The notes below the pieces were generated by a model. It saw only the letters and a program-made list of their open reading frames with translations. It was not told the origin of the DNA and made no database searches. From positions 1 to 45,039 of the forward strand of contig LVLI01000385.1 of the NCBI GenBank assembly GCA_001687465.1: DNA of 45,039 nt. The letters run 5' to 3'. The translations under genes and the position numbers were made by a program. The DNA is from Halocafeteria seosinensis. Taxonomy: Eukaryota. This document shows positions 9,181 through 23,033 of the stretch, in pieces (position 1 is the first letter of the stretch; each line of letters opens with the position of its first letter).

Positions 9181-10527
9181 TGTCAACCCAAGGGATGTAA
9201 ATTTCACCCAGCAATTCGATTACAAGAACAGAATACGTATGCGTCTTTGTAGCCTGGGTTGGAGAAGAAAAGCTTAAGGAAAACAACACCCGGACATAGA
9301 CTCACACTGTCCGCTGGCAATTGACTCTGGAAACTTGTGAACGTCGCGTTGGAATCGTGGAACTGGCGCCGAATCTCTTGGGACTACAACTACTTGTACT
9401 GTACGCGTATAGCACACGGCATATCCATCCGGTGTAGCACATTCATCAGTTTATCCATCGATGAAGGACAAGAAAGCTTTGGAAGGAAATCGTGCCAACT
9501 TCGGAAAAGCAATGACGTACAGTAGCCATCTGAGCAACTCCGTACACTTCGTACTTCCCGAACTGATGGCGCAGCGATCATGGCGGTGTTGCAGAACACC
9601 CTGGTTGGAATGTTCATCATGTGTGAGAAAAACAACTGCTCAAAGAAACATAATAAATTCCTCTTGGTAATACCAAAGAACGAAAAAGTTCCTTGCATAG
9701 CATCGTAATGCATGACACTTCGCCAACACCGATCACTTTAACATGGTAAGCATAAACAGCGTGATTAACCGTTGACGATCTTTAAGAGCGGCCCTCCCAA
9801 GCATATTTGGACAACATACTGGAAACATAATTTCCCCCTGTGGCACATCAGTTAGTTTCGCGTACACCAGATCACCATCCTTACAAAGATCCCTTGGAGC
9901 TTTCCCAATGCAACGTCCGACTCTACATGGTGATCGAGAACGTTTGCACTCGTGCTTTTGCATTGAGCATGCGCTCTGACAGTGTTGTTGGCATCCAAAT
10001 TTTTTCAAGCTATCAATTCGTTCGTTTTCGTCTGTGTGACAGCGTTGGCCCGTACATGTACGTGGGTACAAGAAGACAACACACTTGGACTGTAGACAAG
10101 AGCATTGCAATTCATTTTCATCACTTTCTTTCCGTATAAAGAAGACGTTCTTCAATCTGTACCCAGTACCGGACGTGTGTATTGTATGTATATTTAAGGC
10201 CGAAAGAAAGAAAGTGCCGGATATTCTTGACGGTCAATGACCAATCGGCATCTTGAGCGGAACTTCGCCGAGAACGCGTGCAGACTGGCACTACATCCCA
10301 GGATTTTGCCCATACAGTAGTCCGTGTTTGTAGAATTTATCCGCACTAGTTGAAACATTTCCTGTTCCAAAATATCTACAGAAGGAATTATTGTTCATAG
10401 TTGGAGGGTAGCGAACGTGTTTACTTTTGGCGTGAATACTGTAGGGTAATGCATGCGCATTCACATACAAAGTGTACTAGGTACAAGTTAGTGCTGCTGG
10501 TGCCTTCACAGGGGTTTACTCAGGACA

Positions 10528-13490
10528 ATGGCGGTCAATGTGCTGAGCAGTCTCGCTACGGCGCTCTTTAGCACCTACCTGCTGATTATATTGGGCTTTG
10601 TCATCGTTAAATTGGACATCATACGACAAGCTGACGTCTCCACGGGAATTGGCAAGTTCACAGGACTTATTGCTTTACCGACGCTCCTGTTTCGCTCCAT
10701 CGCGACGATAAATCTGGGGGGAATCAATTGGAATGTCGTAGCAGGCGTGGCGCTGGCTAAGGTCACCATTTTCTTCCTGGTGGCTTTGTTTTCGTTGCTA
10801 ATCGACCGCACTCCCGGCGGGGAAGGGGATCGCAAGGCGCCAGAGGAAGTGCTGGACCGGGACCCGGAGGACGACATGGAGGAACTAAATACAATAAAGG
10901 AAGAGAAAGAGTATCCAAACACTGAAGTACAAGAGGCGAACTATTCATTAAGCGATCAGTGCAAGAATGGAGTCGGGGAAGAGGATGGATACGATACTTT
11001 GGAAGCTCCACTATTGTCTCGGAAAGACTACCCACAGGGGACATCGACAGATTCTGCAGCATCATTAACCAACAACGCGTCGCGCAGAAGATGGGCCGAA
11101 GCAGGTATAAGAGCTATATTTGTGGTTCAAAGCAATGATCTGGCATTGGGTCTTCCGTTAATGAGTGCCCTGTATGCGGGGACTGATCACACCGATTTTG
11201 TGCACTACCAGTATATCTTGACCACCATTGCACTTGTGACGACTAATCCCGTAGGATTTTTTATGATAGAGTATGGACTGCACAGGGGCAAAAGCGATAA
11301 AGCGTCACAAAAAGGGATGGAAAATTTGAAGGATGAACGCGGCACTTCCCGGTCAAGCCGATGCCACCCCAATGACACCACCAAATTTGTCCTCAAAATC
11401 CTCTTTAACGTTCTTCGAAATCCAATCGTACTTTCCGTCATTCTCGGTGTTCTGTGGAACCAGGCCGCTCGACGACCGATCCCGGATATCTTGGATCAAT
11501 TCTTAAAGGTACGGCAGTATGAATACTCTCTGGTTGATGGTGTGGTTGCTTCACACTTGTTAGCAATACGCAGATGCTGGGTAACTCATTCGACGCCTGC
11601 GCTCTTTTTACGTTGGGAAGTAGTATGGTGAATCGCTTGAAGCGTATTACCCAATTGGGGATCGCATACCCGATGTCTCTAATCCTGTCGAAGACACTCC
11701 TTCTTCCTATTTTATGTACGTGATGTATGTCATAATCGTTTGTCCTGGTAGGATTATGTGTCGTATTCGTTGCTGCAGGTAAAGTGTATTTAGCAATGCT
11801 GAGTGTTGGACCCGACCTCTCCCTGTACGGCTTCATATACGGAACTCTTCCAACTGCTCCAGTGGTGTTCCTTTGGGCTCAACAGTTCGGATTAGAATCT
11901 GAGGTAATTGCCTCCGTTATGGTGGCGGGGACCATCGTCTTTGCCCCTGTACTGTTTTTGGCTGCGAATGTCCTTACACTATCCAACTCGAACTCGGCAA
12001 AATCAAAAGGCGAGACTACCACCGCTTATGCGGTGAAGTATATCAGCCCTTGCAGTCTTGTGTTTGTAGTCTGTTTACTACTGATACTGTCGTATTCTTG
12101 GTATTTGCGAAGGAGTCGAACCCGCTCATGTGGGCAACTGTTGGTATCGACGAAGTCCACTATTCACTCCTCAATGTCAATTTTGAGGTATATATCCCCC
12201 ATGGAGCTCCTGATAGCAGCTCTCGGGGTCTGCTACTTCATCTCAACGATAGCTGTTTTGGCATGCCAAGATTCGATTCACGACAAGCATTATACGGTGA
12301 GAACACCTTCGGAAATTGCAAGGTTTTTCTTCTTGTACTGCTCAGTTCTCGGTAAGTGCTCTGTTCCATGATCCACAAATGCTACCCGCTAGTGTGATTC
12401 AGCCCGTAAGCTCGATGCAGCCACGCGGTTTGGCGCAGCATCCATACCTGTCTTACTATGGGTACAACGCTCTTATTCCGAGCTTGCTGCCAGATATGTT
12501 GTCTATTCTGCCATTGCCGCAATGGCCACCATCCCGGCAATTGGATCATTGGTAAGTATTTGAGTGTGGTATCGTGAAGCTTGCGTGAGCTTTATAGCTT
12601 TCGACACTCATCCGCAGGTGCTGCTTAGCATCCATAACTTTGAAATCAAGGATGATGGATACTGCGGTTCTAGTTACACTGTCGGAGGGGATCCATTTAG
12701 TGCGACCATAATATCGCTAGCCCTCGTGGCGACGTTGGTGTTTGCCATCTTGGCCCGCCGACGCCATGCTGAGTGTCTAACGCAGGCAGCTGAGAGTAAT
12801 GATACCGGGTTTGAAGCGGTGCGGCAGTGGACCCCCATTACGGAAAGTAGCGTTGGCATCAACGGCGACGGTATGAGAGAGAGCAGCGGTCCGCGTGACG
12901 CAATTCAGGAGATTGACAGAAGCGATGCTATTGATACTAGATACGTTAACTTATGGTCTAACTCAATAGTGCGCGACTTTTCCTTATACGACCGGCTTAT
13001 GCTATATTGCTTGTATCAAATTGTTAGCATGAGTCTTGCCCTAGCAATATGTCTGTGGAAGGCGCTTCAACACGAGTCAGATTCCAGTCTGGAAATTGTG
13101 ATAACTTACCTCGATAAGGCTCTTTTATTTGGACAAGGTATGGTGCTCACAGCTATATTGTGCATAATGTCTCCACTAACTCGAGGATTGGGTGAAATAA
13201 TCTCGTCAAACATAAGGGGTATGAGAGGATACGCAAGAATGTCGGCGTTCTTCAGATCCGCAGAATCCCAAGATTTCCAGACCACAGGGCCGACTCTTGG
13301 GGACTTTTCCATTGACAATGAGATCCAGAAGGAGCGCAAGCGAAGTCGTCATCGTACCAGTCGAAAACTCCCTCCTTTGGAACGTTCGCAAAGATATGCG
13401 ACATACCACGGCAACGTTCCGAAATCTCTTGCTAGTACTGAGCAGAAACGAGCGGCCAGTGCCGAAGTTCAATGCGGCGCTAAAGTTTGA
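10528..13490 (+). CDS. GPR155: GPR155/LYCHOS-like membrane protein (PIN/auxin-efflux-carrier-like domain plus GPCR-like domain), ~905 aa; introns 11509-11573, 11716-11778, 12352-12402, 12552-12617
   Basis: Segments GIGKFTGLIALPTLLF, FVVQSNDLALGLP, NPVGFF, VLRNPIV, LGNSF..ALFTLG, YGFIYGTLPTAP and C-terminal CLWK...FGQG are collinear with GPR155 as I recall it. Spliced exons sum to 2718 nt, in frame. Confidence 0.85.
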
Positions 13491-13621
13491 TAGCACGGAA
13501 GCGAACTACGAGTATATGAATCGAGTTGGCAGTGGCAGCGGAAATGGGAGCATTAGGCGTTACTCAGCTGGCAACGAACACCCGTTGGGTTCAGGAATGA
13601 AGGCAGTCTTGCCAACGGAGC

Positions 13622-14739
13622 TCAAGAACCTAAGACAAGAGCCAATCCTTCCTCAAACGGCGTAGCCAATTGAGTCTGGCTTTTCTGTAGCAGTTTCTCA
13701 AGTTTGACGATGCTCAATTGGCAATCTGCGTAATCAATAAAAAGATCCGGATCAGAGAGGTAATCTGCAGAGAGATGGAGTAACTGAATTACCTTTGGGT
13801 CTTTTCGCCCCCGCGGGTTCTTCATTCCTGGCCGTCATATGTTCTGTGTCCACGTTAAGAATTCTCCCTATGACCTGACACATTTGGTATTTGGTAAAAC
13901 ATTCTGGGCTGGAAAAATGAAAGTGACCATTGGCGCCGATACATGTTGCGCTCTTAGCGAACGTCACGTCCTGCTCCGCACTCTCATCTCGACACTTGCA
14001 AAAAACTCGCAAGAGAACACGGGAAACATCATCAACGAGGGTTGGAAATCGTTGACAGTAGTTATCTTCTTTGCAAGGTTCCTGGTTCTTCACTTTGCTC
14101 ACCAGAGTCGTCACCGCGCTTTCGTCCAAATTAGTCGTTTGACCGTACAGAACGGGAACTCTCAGGATTGTCGTGGACGGATTGGCACCCAGAGCAGTAT
14201 ACTCTGCTCTTAGTTTTGACATGCCATACGCATTTAAGGGATTTGGATAGCTGTGCTCCGAGTATGGTGGTCTGCATCATCGATAGACAATACAATACAA
14301 GTCATTGGGACCCTTGATGTATACTGTACAAGGTGTAGACTTACGAGCTTCCATCGAATACGTAATCGGTAGAGATCTGTACAAAATGAGCGCCAATGTT
14401 CGCTGCACACTGCGCTATCGTCCATACGCTTTGAATATTCAATTTTTCGACGTATTCCGGGTCATCCTCCACCCTATCTGGGCGTCGTTCGGCGGCTGCA
14501 TGGACGATGAAATCTGGACGCTCTCCATACACGACCTGTTTGACCGCCTCAGTATCAAGCAGATTGAGTTTAAGCAGACCCTTGGACGGGTCAGCCCGCG
14601 TGAACGCGGTCCCTAGGACACGCATTGGCCAATCTCCGTCTTGCTGGTGCTCCTTAAACACCTTATAAACACTTCGACCCAAGAGACCGGAAGCTCCTGT
14701 GATCAACACGGTCGTCTCTCGTGTCCCTGATGGCGGCAT
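13622..14739 (-). CDS. MAT2B: Methionine adenosyltransferase 2 beta-like / RmlD-family extended SDR, 325 aa; introns 14344-14272 and 13792-13726
   Basis: Motifs VLITGASGLLG, HAAAERRPD, ISTDYVFDG, PNPLNAYGMSK (YxxxK), LRVPVLYG, RFPT and AKRPKDCQL. Exons sum to 978 nt. Confidence 0.85.
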
Positions 14740-15013
14740 TCCTCTTAGTAGTAACAGAGCCTGACAATCGTAGTTTTCATTTATTTATTATATATATATG
14801 TATATTTTTTTGGTATGTGTGTCCTCAATACGGTGGATAAAGCGCTTATAAGCAGCATAGATATTGGATAGGATGTGTACCGAACAATCTTTAATGCCAC
14901 TTACAATCCTTCTGAAATGGAGTCTTCTATCAAGTATACAGTAGGATTGCCCAAATCTAATACTTGCCACCCCTTGCAATATTGATTATCTCCAGTATAG
15001 GAACCTCGCGAGA

Positions 15014-17938
15014 ATGAGCGAAGAGGCGCCAAAGACGGAAAATGGAGCCAACCACGACGGAGGGGAGGGGGCTGCAGGTCCCAGTCAGGCATCTTCTACA
15101 GAAACAAGGATAGAGAGGAAGCCTATGAAGCGTAGCTATGTATCAGCGAATACTATGGAGGCCGATGATTCCCGGGGGAAGCAGAAAAAGAAAGCCTTGA
15201 TTGAGCAAATGACAGTGCAGCCTCTGGGAGCCGGAAATGAAGTGGGACGCTCTTGTATTATACTCAAATTTGCCGGGAAAACAATAATGGTATGTTTTCT
15301 GTGCAATGTTGACTGAAGCACAAAGCCAGTCGTTGGAATGGGGTGGATCTTCTCTGCAGCTGGATTGTGGGATTTTGCCATCACATCACGGGGAGGACTC
15401 GTTGCCCTACTTACGTGAAATAGAAGATCCTTCAGAAATAGATATAATCATTATCACGTAAGTGAAAGTTGGGCATTGCGTTGAGACTGTCATTCACTAT
15501 CTGTCTGTCGGGGCGAGGTCTTTTGCAGACACTTCCATCTTGATCACGTCGGTGCCCTTCCGCATTTTACGGAACGAATGAAGGGATTCAAAGGAAGGAT
15601 ATTCGCTACACATGCCACTGTCAGTAGTACATTCAGTTTGTTGAATGTGCGTTTGTTCACTCTAGCTCGGTTTTGCAGGTAGCGGTTATGAGGATGATTT
15701 TAGCTGATATGATCCGAATAACGGCGCAAAACTATTCAGGAACTCAGCTGTATGATCATGATGATTTGATGCGATGCCTGGATAAAGTTGAATGTATTGA
15801 CTTTAAGCAGGTTAGTCTAATGATTTTTGGATTGTTCAAGACCCTATAACCTACTGTATGCTTCGCTCACATCATCTGTTCACAGAAAATCAATGTTGAT
15901 GGTATAACGTTCCAGTTTTTTACAGCGGGCCACGTACTCGGAGCCGCTATGGTTTTACTGGAGATTTCGGGTGTCCAGATGTTGTACACTGGTGACTACA
16001 GTGCTGAGGAAGATAGACATCTGATGGCAGCAGAAGCTCCTCCCGGTTGTAATCCGGATGTACTCATTTGTGAAAGCACGTTTGGAATGCAAAAACACCC
16101 GAGTAGACAAGAAAGGGAAAGCAAATTCCTTGAATACGTTGATTTAGTGGTAAAGCGAGGTGGTAGGTGTCTCGTTCCTATGTTTGCTCTGGGAAGAGCA
16201 CAGGAGCTTTTGCTGATCCTGGAGGAGCATTGGAAAGCACACCCGGAATTGCAGCACATTCCCATATATTATGCTAGCCAGATGGCTTCGAAGGCACTGG
16301 AATTGTATAAGACATATGTTTCCTCTATGAACTCCAGGGTTCAAGCACAAATGGGTAACAGAAACCCATGGAATTTCGAATTTATACACGGTCTGAAAGG
16401 GCAGAATTTTAGAGATTCTGGACCCTGCGTTGTACTAGCCTCCCCAGGTATGTTACAACACGGCATGAGCAGGATGCTTTTCGAACGGTGGGCTGAAGAC
16501 CCAAAAAATGGTGTAATACTAGCTGGGTATTCCGTTGAAGGAACGTTGGCCAGGCAACTCCTGTCTAGTCCGCGAGAGGTGGACGCCTTGAACGGGGGCA
16601 CGATCCCCCTTCGTGCTCAGGTACGTGAGCTCGATCATCCGAGTGTGTGAAATAATCCATCTACACGAAGCAAACGACAACTGCAGGTCGCTGAAGTTAG
16701 TTTCGCAGCTCATGCAGATTCTGTCCAAGCAGCTACGTTCATTCAAAGTCTTGCTCCACGAACCATCATCTTGGTGCACGGTGAACGGAACGAGATGGGC
16801 AGACTGTATAAGGTGCGTGCATTATCCAGGTCTTTAACATCACCAAGAGGATCCATGACATGGTATTCTCCGAGCTGCAGTCCCTTGGGAATAAATACCG
16901 GGATGTGGAAGGCTTTCAAGTTTATATGCCCCCCAACACCGAACTAGTAAAGCGAGATTATAAGATCGAATACTGTCTCAAAGCGATTGGCAAAGCTGTA
17001 AGTGCCAGCATGGTAGTAATAGAGTTGTTCTGACTTACCTGTTCACATGTTTCAAACAGGCGGAATCTTCCATCCGAGACATGCAAGAGCGAGTGCATCG
17101 CATGACAGGAGTACTGGTGGAAGGAAACAACTTCACGTACTCATTGTATGCTCCGGAGCAGCTAGAAAGTTATGCTGGCATCGGCAGCTACGAGATTATG
17201 CAAAGAGAGCACGCGCCGTATAGAAGCTCTTTCGACGTCTTGAAGCGGTGTCTGGAACTAATGTATGAATCAGTTCGAGTTGTTAAACCCTCGGAATACT
17301 GTCAGACGTTGTCTCGGCAGTCTAGACGCACATCGATAGCCGCACTGTCCGTAAACAACGCCGTCACGGTGGTGCATTTCCCTCCTGATCGAATTTTGCT
17401 GGAATGGGCGGCAGATCCTATATCTGATATGACAGCTGACTCTATTCTCGCAGTTACGGCTCAGGCAGAAATAAGCCCGTTTAATTTACAATTGACATCT
17501 CATTCTTGTGCCCATGATCATCACGAAAGCACATGCACCGAGACTGCAACTGCCAGCGAAGAAGAGCATCCATCAGGGCAATCAGCTGCACCGACCGAGT
17601 CAAATTCCCCGCCACTAGAACCTCGCCGCTCTGCCAATTCAGACCACAGTATCGATGGGACACCTTTGAATGTATCGAAATTACAATACTCGGTTCTCAT
17701 GCGGGTTTTACGAGATTATTATGGCAATGACAACGTGGAAGAAAGTGGGAGTGGAAGTTCGAACGGGATCCGCGTGACTATAGATGACGTCATCGCTGAA
17801 GTCAATCCTCAAACATTCGAGATCACAGATATTCGTGTCGATGGAAATGTTGAAAAGGGAGAGCAAATTAAGGAGGATGAAGAGAAACTCGCGAATGTTT
17901 TGGAACACGTTAAGGATGCTACTCTACCTCTATCGTAG
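15014..17938 (+). CDS. CPSF3: Cleavage and polyadenylation specificity factor 73-kDa endonuclease (CPSF73/Ysh1), 8 exons
   Basis: Motifs PLGAGNEVGRSC, LDCG, THFHLDH, AGHVLGAAM, YTGDYS.EEDRHL, ESTFG, FALGRAQELLLILEEHW, ASPGML, FAAHAD, LVHGE and C-terminal LEW...DMTADS. Seven GT-AG introns join them in frame. Confidence 0.95.
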
Positions 17939-18068
17939 CAACTTGGTGAAGTCGAGCAGAAACGAAAACTATGAACTGAGTCACATACAATTGAATTGAC
18001 AACGTTGCTAGTTACGTTAAGATTTGGATAGCACATACGAATGTTACATAACAAAGCACTGTACAATT

Positions 18069-21000
18069 TTAACACATATATAGTCCGTACCAGCAACATA
18101 CGCAAGCAAACGAGTGCGCAGCGCGTGTAACCCGAAGCATGTCTGGGTCAGAGTCCCTGCTTACATCTGCTTTCCACATGGGATGATACATACGGGAGTT
18201 TCGAGAGAGGAGCTCGGAGCAGATTGCGTAAAAGTCCTCATAAAGCGGATAAACAACCTTTTCATATGACAACGTAGTTTCTGATTTCTGAGATATAAGG
18301 GAGGCTATGGAATTCCTCCGCTGCCTTGGAGACTCGTCCCCTTCTTCCACATGGTTGGGGGAGCTAGCCGTAGGAATCTGAATATTCGTTGACTCCTGTT
18401 CTTCTGATTGAGTAAATGGGGTCACCAGCGGCGAGAGTTGAGACAATGCCGTTCCAAAGGAACTCAGTGTAGGTGGATATGCATTGGAGCTTTCTGCCTG
18501 CTCGATAAAGATCTTTTGACAGTTTTCCTGTAACAGTTTGATTTCCTGTGTAGATAGCTGCAGGGCTACGCGGGGTCAACAAGGCACGTACAAAATTCTT
18601 CATATACTTCCGGATGAGAGCCGAGCATACACGGTGCATCACACATTCAAAGCGAACTACTTTAGTCCATATATCAAACTCGGTACCTGCCAGCAATGTC
18701 AGAGAATTGGAATGAATAGTGACCGAAATACCGGCTAGTAACACATCCATGAATGCGGTGCGTACCCTCTTCCAAGGCCGTGGTTTCTTCCGCCAACATA
18801 TCTGAGGCAACCGACGCCGCAGAACCCCTACGTTGGGACAGAGAGTTGTCCCCTTTCTTCTGGTTCACGAATTTCTCCCATGCATCACCGTACGTTCGGG
18901 CACAGCTCTCAATACTTGACTTCAGTTGTTCTACCTCGTCTGTACCAGAAAGATACAATACCTAGAGAAACGTACGGGACAACGCCTCAACTAATCAGAC
19001 GCCATACCAGTTCGTAGAGGCATCGTAGAGATAGCCACGCAAGGAGAGGATTCTCGAAACGCACTGTCACATGTATCCAAAGCATGCTGAAGCGGCACGA
19101 AAAAGTTTCCGTGTCTGGAAGGAGAGGCAATCAAATTATTCAGAATGTGCGTAAGGATCATTTGCTTCGAATACCTTACCTTCGAGCTTTCAAATAGTTG
19201 AGAGATACCTCCGGAAACAAGCTTTGAAAGAATCCAATCACCGTCCGTGCGAGATGGGGAGCATAGGGTAGCTTCGTATTTCCGCCAAACATGAAGGAGA
19301 AAAAGTGCAGCTGATGTAACGGTGACTTGCACGAGTGCTCTTCTCCAACAGGCTCATTTTCAGTATCCACGTCATCCTTAAGTAAGAGCTTTGCTCCGGA
19401 GGAATCCTGGAGGTGATACACAGGCGCTAGAATCCTGGCTAGCAGTTTCTCCCCTTTAGAAACAGACTGTGTGGATTGCAATGTATGCCTCCAAAGATGT
19501 TTCCCGATACTATCGTTATCCGATTGGCACTTGTCAATGCAATCACTGCTTAGAGAATCTTGGACTTTTCTTTTCAATAGGTTCTCGGATTGTTCCTCCA
19601 TGTAGTACACCAACGCTTCCGCCAGTAGCACTTGCGCCTTGCTTCGATACTTGCTGAGTTTCTTCGAGTTGGAAAGCAGTGGAGAGTCATAATACACTTG
19701 GACGCCCCACCGAGTTCCCGTGTAATTCTTATTGAAGAATTTGACAAGATCTATGCAGTTTTCCCCTCCTTTGTCTCCCCTCTTACTCTTTGAGGGTTTA
19801 CTATTTTCATCCTCCTCATCATCATGGGTTTCATAGTTCTCGTCCTCATCGTCGCCAGTTTCATCCACCGAATCAAGCACTAGGTCTCGAATATTTACGG
19901 GGACTGTCTCCAGAACACCTTTGAGAGCTTGAACAGTAGCTTCCCCTCTTACATGGACCAAGTTCTCGCTAACAGAGCACATGATTAGGGAGCATTGTTC
20001 AGCAGACAGCGGTTCTTGCTCTAATGCTGGACGATTGTTCCCGTGCTCATCGCCATTTCCCTCTTCACTCTCCGCAAGAATGAGAGAATTCGAGTGTTCC
20101 ATGAGAAGTTCTATCAACGAGGAAATAGTAGTCACATATTCAGCGGTCCCTGAAGAAAAAAAAATCGTAAGCTGTACCGAAACTACCTACCGCAATTACG
20201 TCTTTCTTACCTTTCCTGAGAAGAACGTCATGAATGTCCTCTGCCACTGTTTGAGGATCTGAAACAGCTCCCACGATTGACTCCACTAACAGCTTCCTTG
20301 TTTCAACGGATGGATCTTTCTCCTGGATTGCTTTGACAAGTTCTCTTATAAGCTCTGCTCGGTCGGTCTTGTTCCGCATCATCATAGCGTCTACAATGTA
20401 AGGTGCCATTACGGTATTGGGGGACTTCCGTCGCAGCAGTTCATACACAATCTCGTAAGCAAGATTCGGAACACTATACGTAAGTTCCTTGATACAGGCA
20501 ATTTGAGTGTCGTTGATGCTATCGCGGCTTTCCTCGGAAGAACTCGTGAATTTACCAAACAGTTTGCTGACGTTTTCAATTGTAGGTTGCAGCTTACTTT
20601 CCAATGACCTTATCCTTTCCAAAGCCTCCCGGGTAGCTCCATGTGCAATCCGCATATGATCACCGAATAATTTTCTCGATGTTAAGCGACTCCAAGCTAA
20701 GTGCACTTTTGTTTTGACCTGCTCCTGGTGAATTGATTCCTGCTCTTTTGCTTTCAAGTCTTCAATCTTTGACTTCGAATATTCCAAATCAGTTTGGCGT
20801 TTTTTTAGTTCTTCCTTCCTTATTTCTGCTTGTTCCCGCCAGGTAGTCGCCCGATAGTACTTATATGCGCGCCGTGAGAGGGGGCTCAATGAATCCAACG
20901 CAATTGTGTCATGAGAAGAGGGAAGTGTCCTAGTTTGCAAGTTTACTAAGTCATCTTCAGCCTCGTCATTTCTATCCGCAGAACCGTCATAGAACGACAG

Positions 21001-22436
21001 TTCCGGGTCGCTGTACAAACTACTGCAGAGAATGTTTTTGATGACTTCCAATAGACCGGAACAGGGCTCCATAAGATCTTGTAACCGTTCTAGCGCGCCA
21101 AGAGCTAAGGCAGGCAACAAGGGCGATCCCTCCTCCGAACATGAGTCCGCGACCATCACTTGTGCTTGCCTGTATGGAGGTACATTTTTGGTGTAAGCTG
21201 AAGGTATACATTACCGGCACTTCAAAGTTTTCTTACCGTAGGTTTTCTTCAAGCATTGTCAGTTCTGAGTGGTACCGTTGAGAAGCATCCTGGCTGTCGT
21301 CCACTTGTACCCACTCTGAAAATACTGCCCGTTTCCACTCAATCGGATCCATGGACTGAGCCGTGGCTACAAAAGAGCTCATGTTAGAATACAGTTCGTT
21401 CGATTCGCATAATAGTTCTTACCCGTTTGAGAACATCACCGAAAGAATGAAGACTGGGAATACTTCGAGAACTCTTCCGCGACTTTTGGTGGCGTTTCGA
21501 ACCAGATTCCGGCTTTGAAGAACTCGACGTATGTGGTACACGCAAATGTTTTTCGGAAGTGTACGAAGTCGGCGGTTTGTCATCCTTACGTTGAAAGAAC
21601 GACGGTGTTGATCCAGCCCCATGAGTCGCCGAGGAATAGCGTAGAGAGTTCAAAGGAATTCTTCCCATTGACCTGCTACTGGTTTTATCCGGGAGTCCAT
21701 TTGAAGTGTCTTCTTTCGACTTCGGTTCGTGTGCGGACTGTTCTTGTCCAATAATTGGTAGCAGTGCTTCCATTCGTTCTTCTGCGTCAACATCATCGAG
21801 CAAATTATTGAATGCACCTCAAGACATTATTTGCCCACTGCACTTGAAGCCTAACTTACCTTCGGTTTCGGTGTCTGAGGCATGTGGGAAAACGAAGTCC
21901 GGGGCTTGAGTGGTAGTCATTGGTCGCTGAGCACTTCTCGAGGAACGCCCCGTGGCGTGCCTCGAGGACGATCGCGAATATATGATAGGCTCCGTCGGCA
22001 GTAGCGATTTCAACGGGGATCCTTGTTGTTTTTGATCCGCCTGCTCATTGGATGCATGCGCATCATCAGCATGCGTTTTGTCCGTGAGATCATGCTCTTC
22101 ACCGCTTCCATGCGGTGGGACAGCGGACGACTCGTCAGGTTCGTATTGCCAAGGATCAGCGGGGCGTCCACCACGTCTGAAGTTCCTATAATTCGAGCGC
22201 ACAATCAAACGAAGATTGTTTCTCAGGGTCTCTAAATCGGTTGTAGGGTCTCTGCCTACTAAATCTTCGCCAAAGGCGCCTTCGCTTCCTCTGTCGGACC
22301 GGCTTTCCCTCGACGGAGAGGCCGCTGTGGTAGCTCTCCACGATTTCGACCGTCTCATTTGCTGTCTGTCTCCGTCACTTCGGGTTCGAGACGAGCGCGT
22401 CTGCTGCGCAGCCGTCGTGCCTGGTCTGCCACTCAT
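18069..22436 (-). CDS. Uncharacterised multi-exon protein: disordered Ser/Arg-rich N-terminus, coiled coil, helical C-terminal part; start and 3' exons uncertain
   Basis: A chain of minus-strand ORFs (21819-22502, 21384-21803, 20140-21159, 19176-20135, 18674-18958, 18069-18446) is separated by GTAAG...YAG introns that can be joined in frame in the 5' half. No family recognised. Confidence 0.7.
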
Positions 22437-23033
22437 TCTGGCGTACATGTGTGAGTGCACTCTCACTGTACAATGCGATCGACACGTTGGTTCAATTCCC
22501 AAGGACGAGTTCTGCTACTTTCTCATGCTGGTTCCGTTGTCTGTAGTACCAGGATCCCTTGCACCAATACCAGACAATACTGCCAATTCGTAGATGGACT
22601 CTTTTTCCGGTGCCCCTTCAATGCATGGTCCGATTCGCAGCAGATGCTCAGGAAAGACCGTTAAGACACCGGTCGCACGCGAAGTCGCACTCGACAACGG
22701 ACACTGACAGATTACATATATATGTGCCACGTTGGCAAGAATGCACCTCCATGCATTCTTGCATCGCCCTAGTATAGTTTTCAATGTCTAGAAAACCTTT
22801 TTGCAGAAAAGTGCCAATGAGAGGAAGTGAGATGGGGCATTACCGGGTACTTGTGCAGCGTGCAGTCAGTGGCGAAATTGAGCACCTACACGTTGGTAAG
22901 CTAGGCCCGATGCGCATATTGATGTATTCCTTGGAATTTAGCACCCAATTGAATCGCGTTATCGTCATGCGCTGTGAACTGGACGCTTCCGAACAGCAAC
23001 GAGGAACAGAAACCTACAACTACCAACATATAA

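Noticed and set aside
13297..13665. Overlapping +ORF as a frameshifted GPR155 C-terminus or DEP domain
   Set aside because: No DEP-like sequence, no splice or slippery site linking it, and it runs into the MAT2B CDS.
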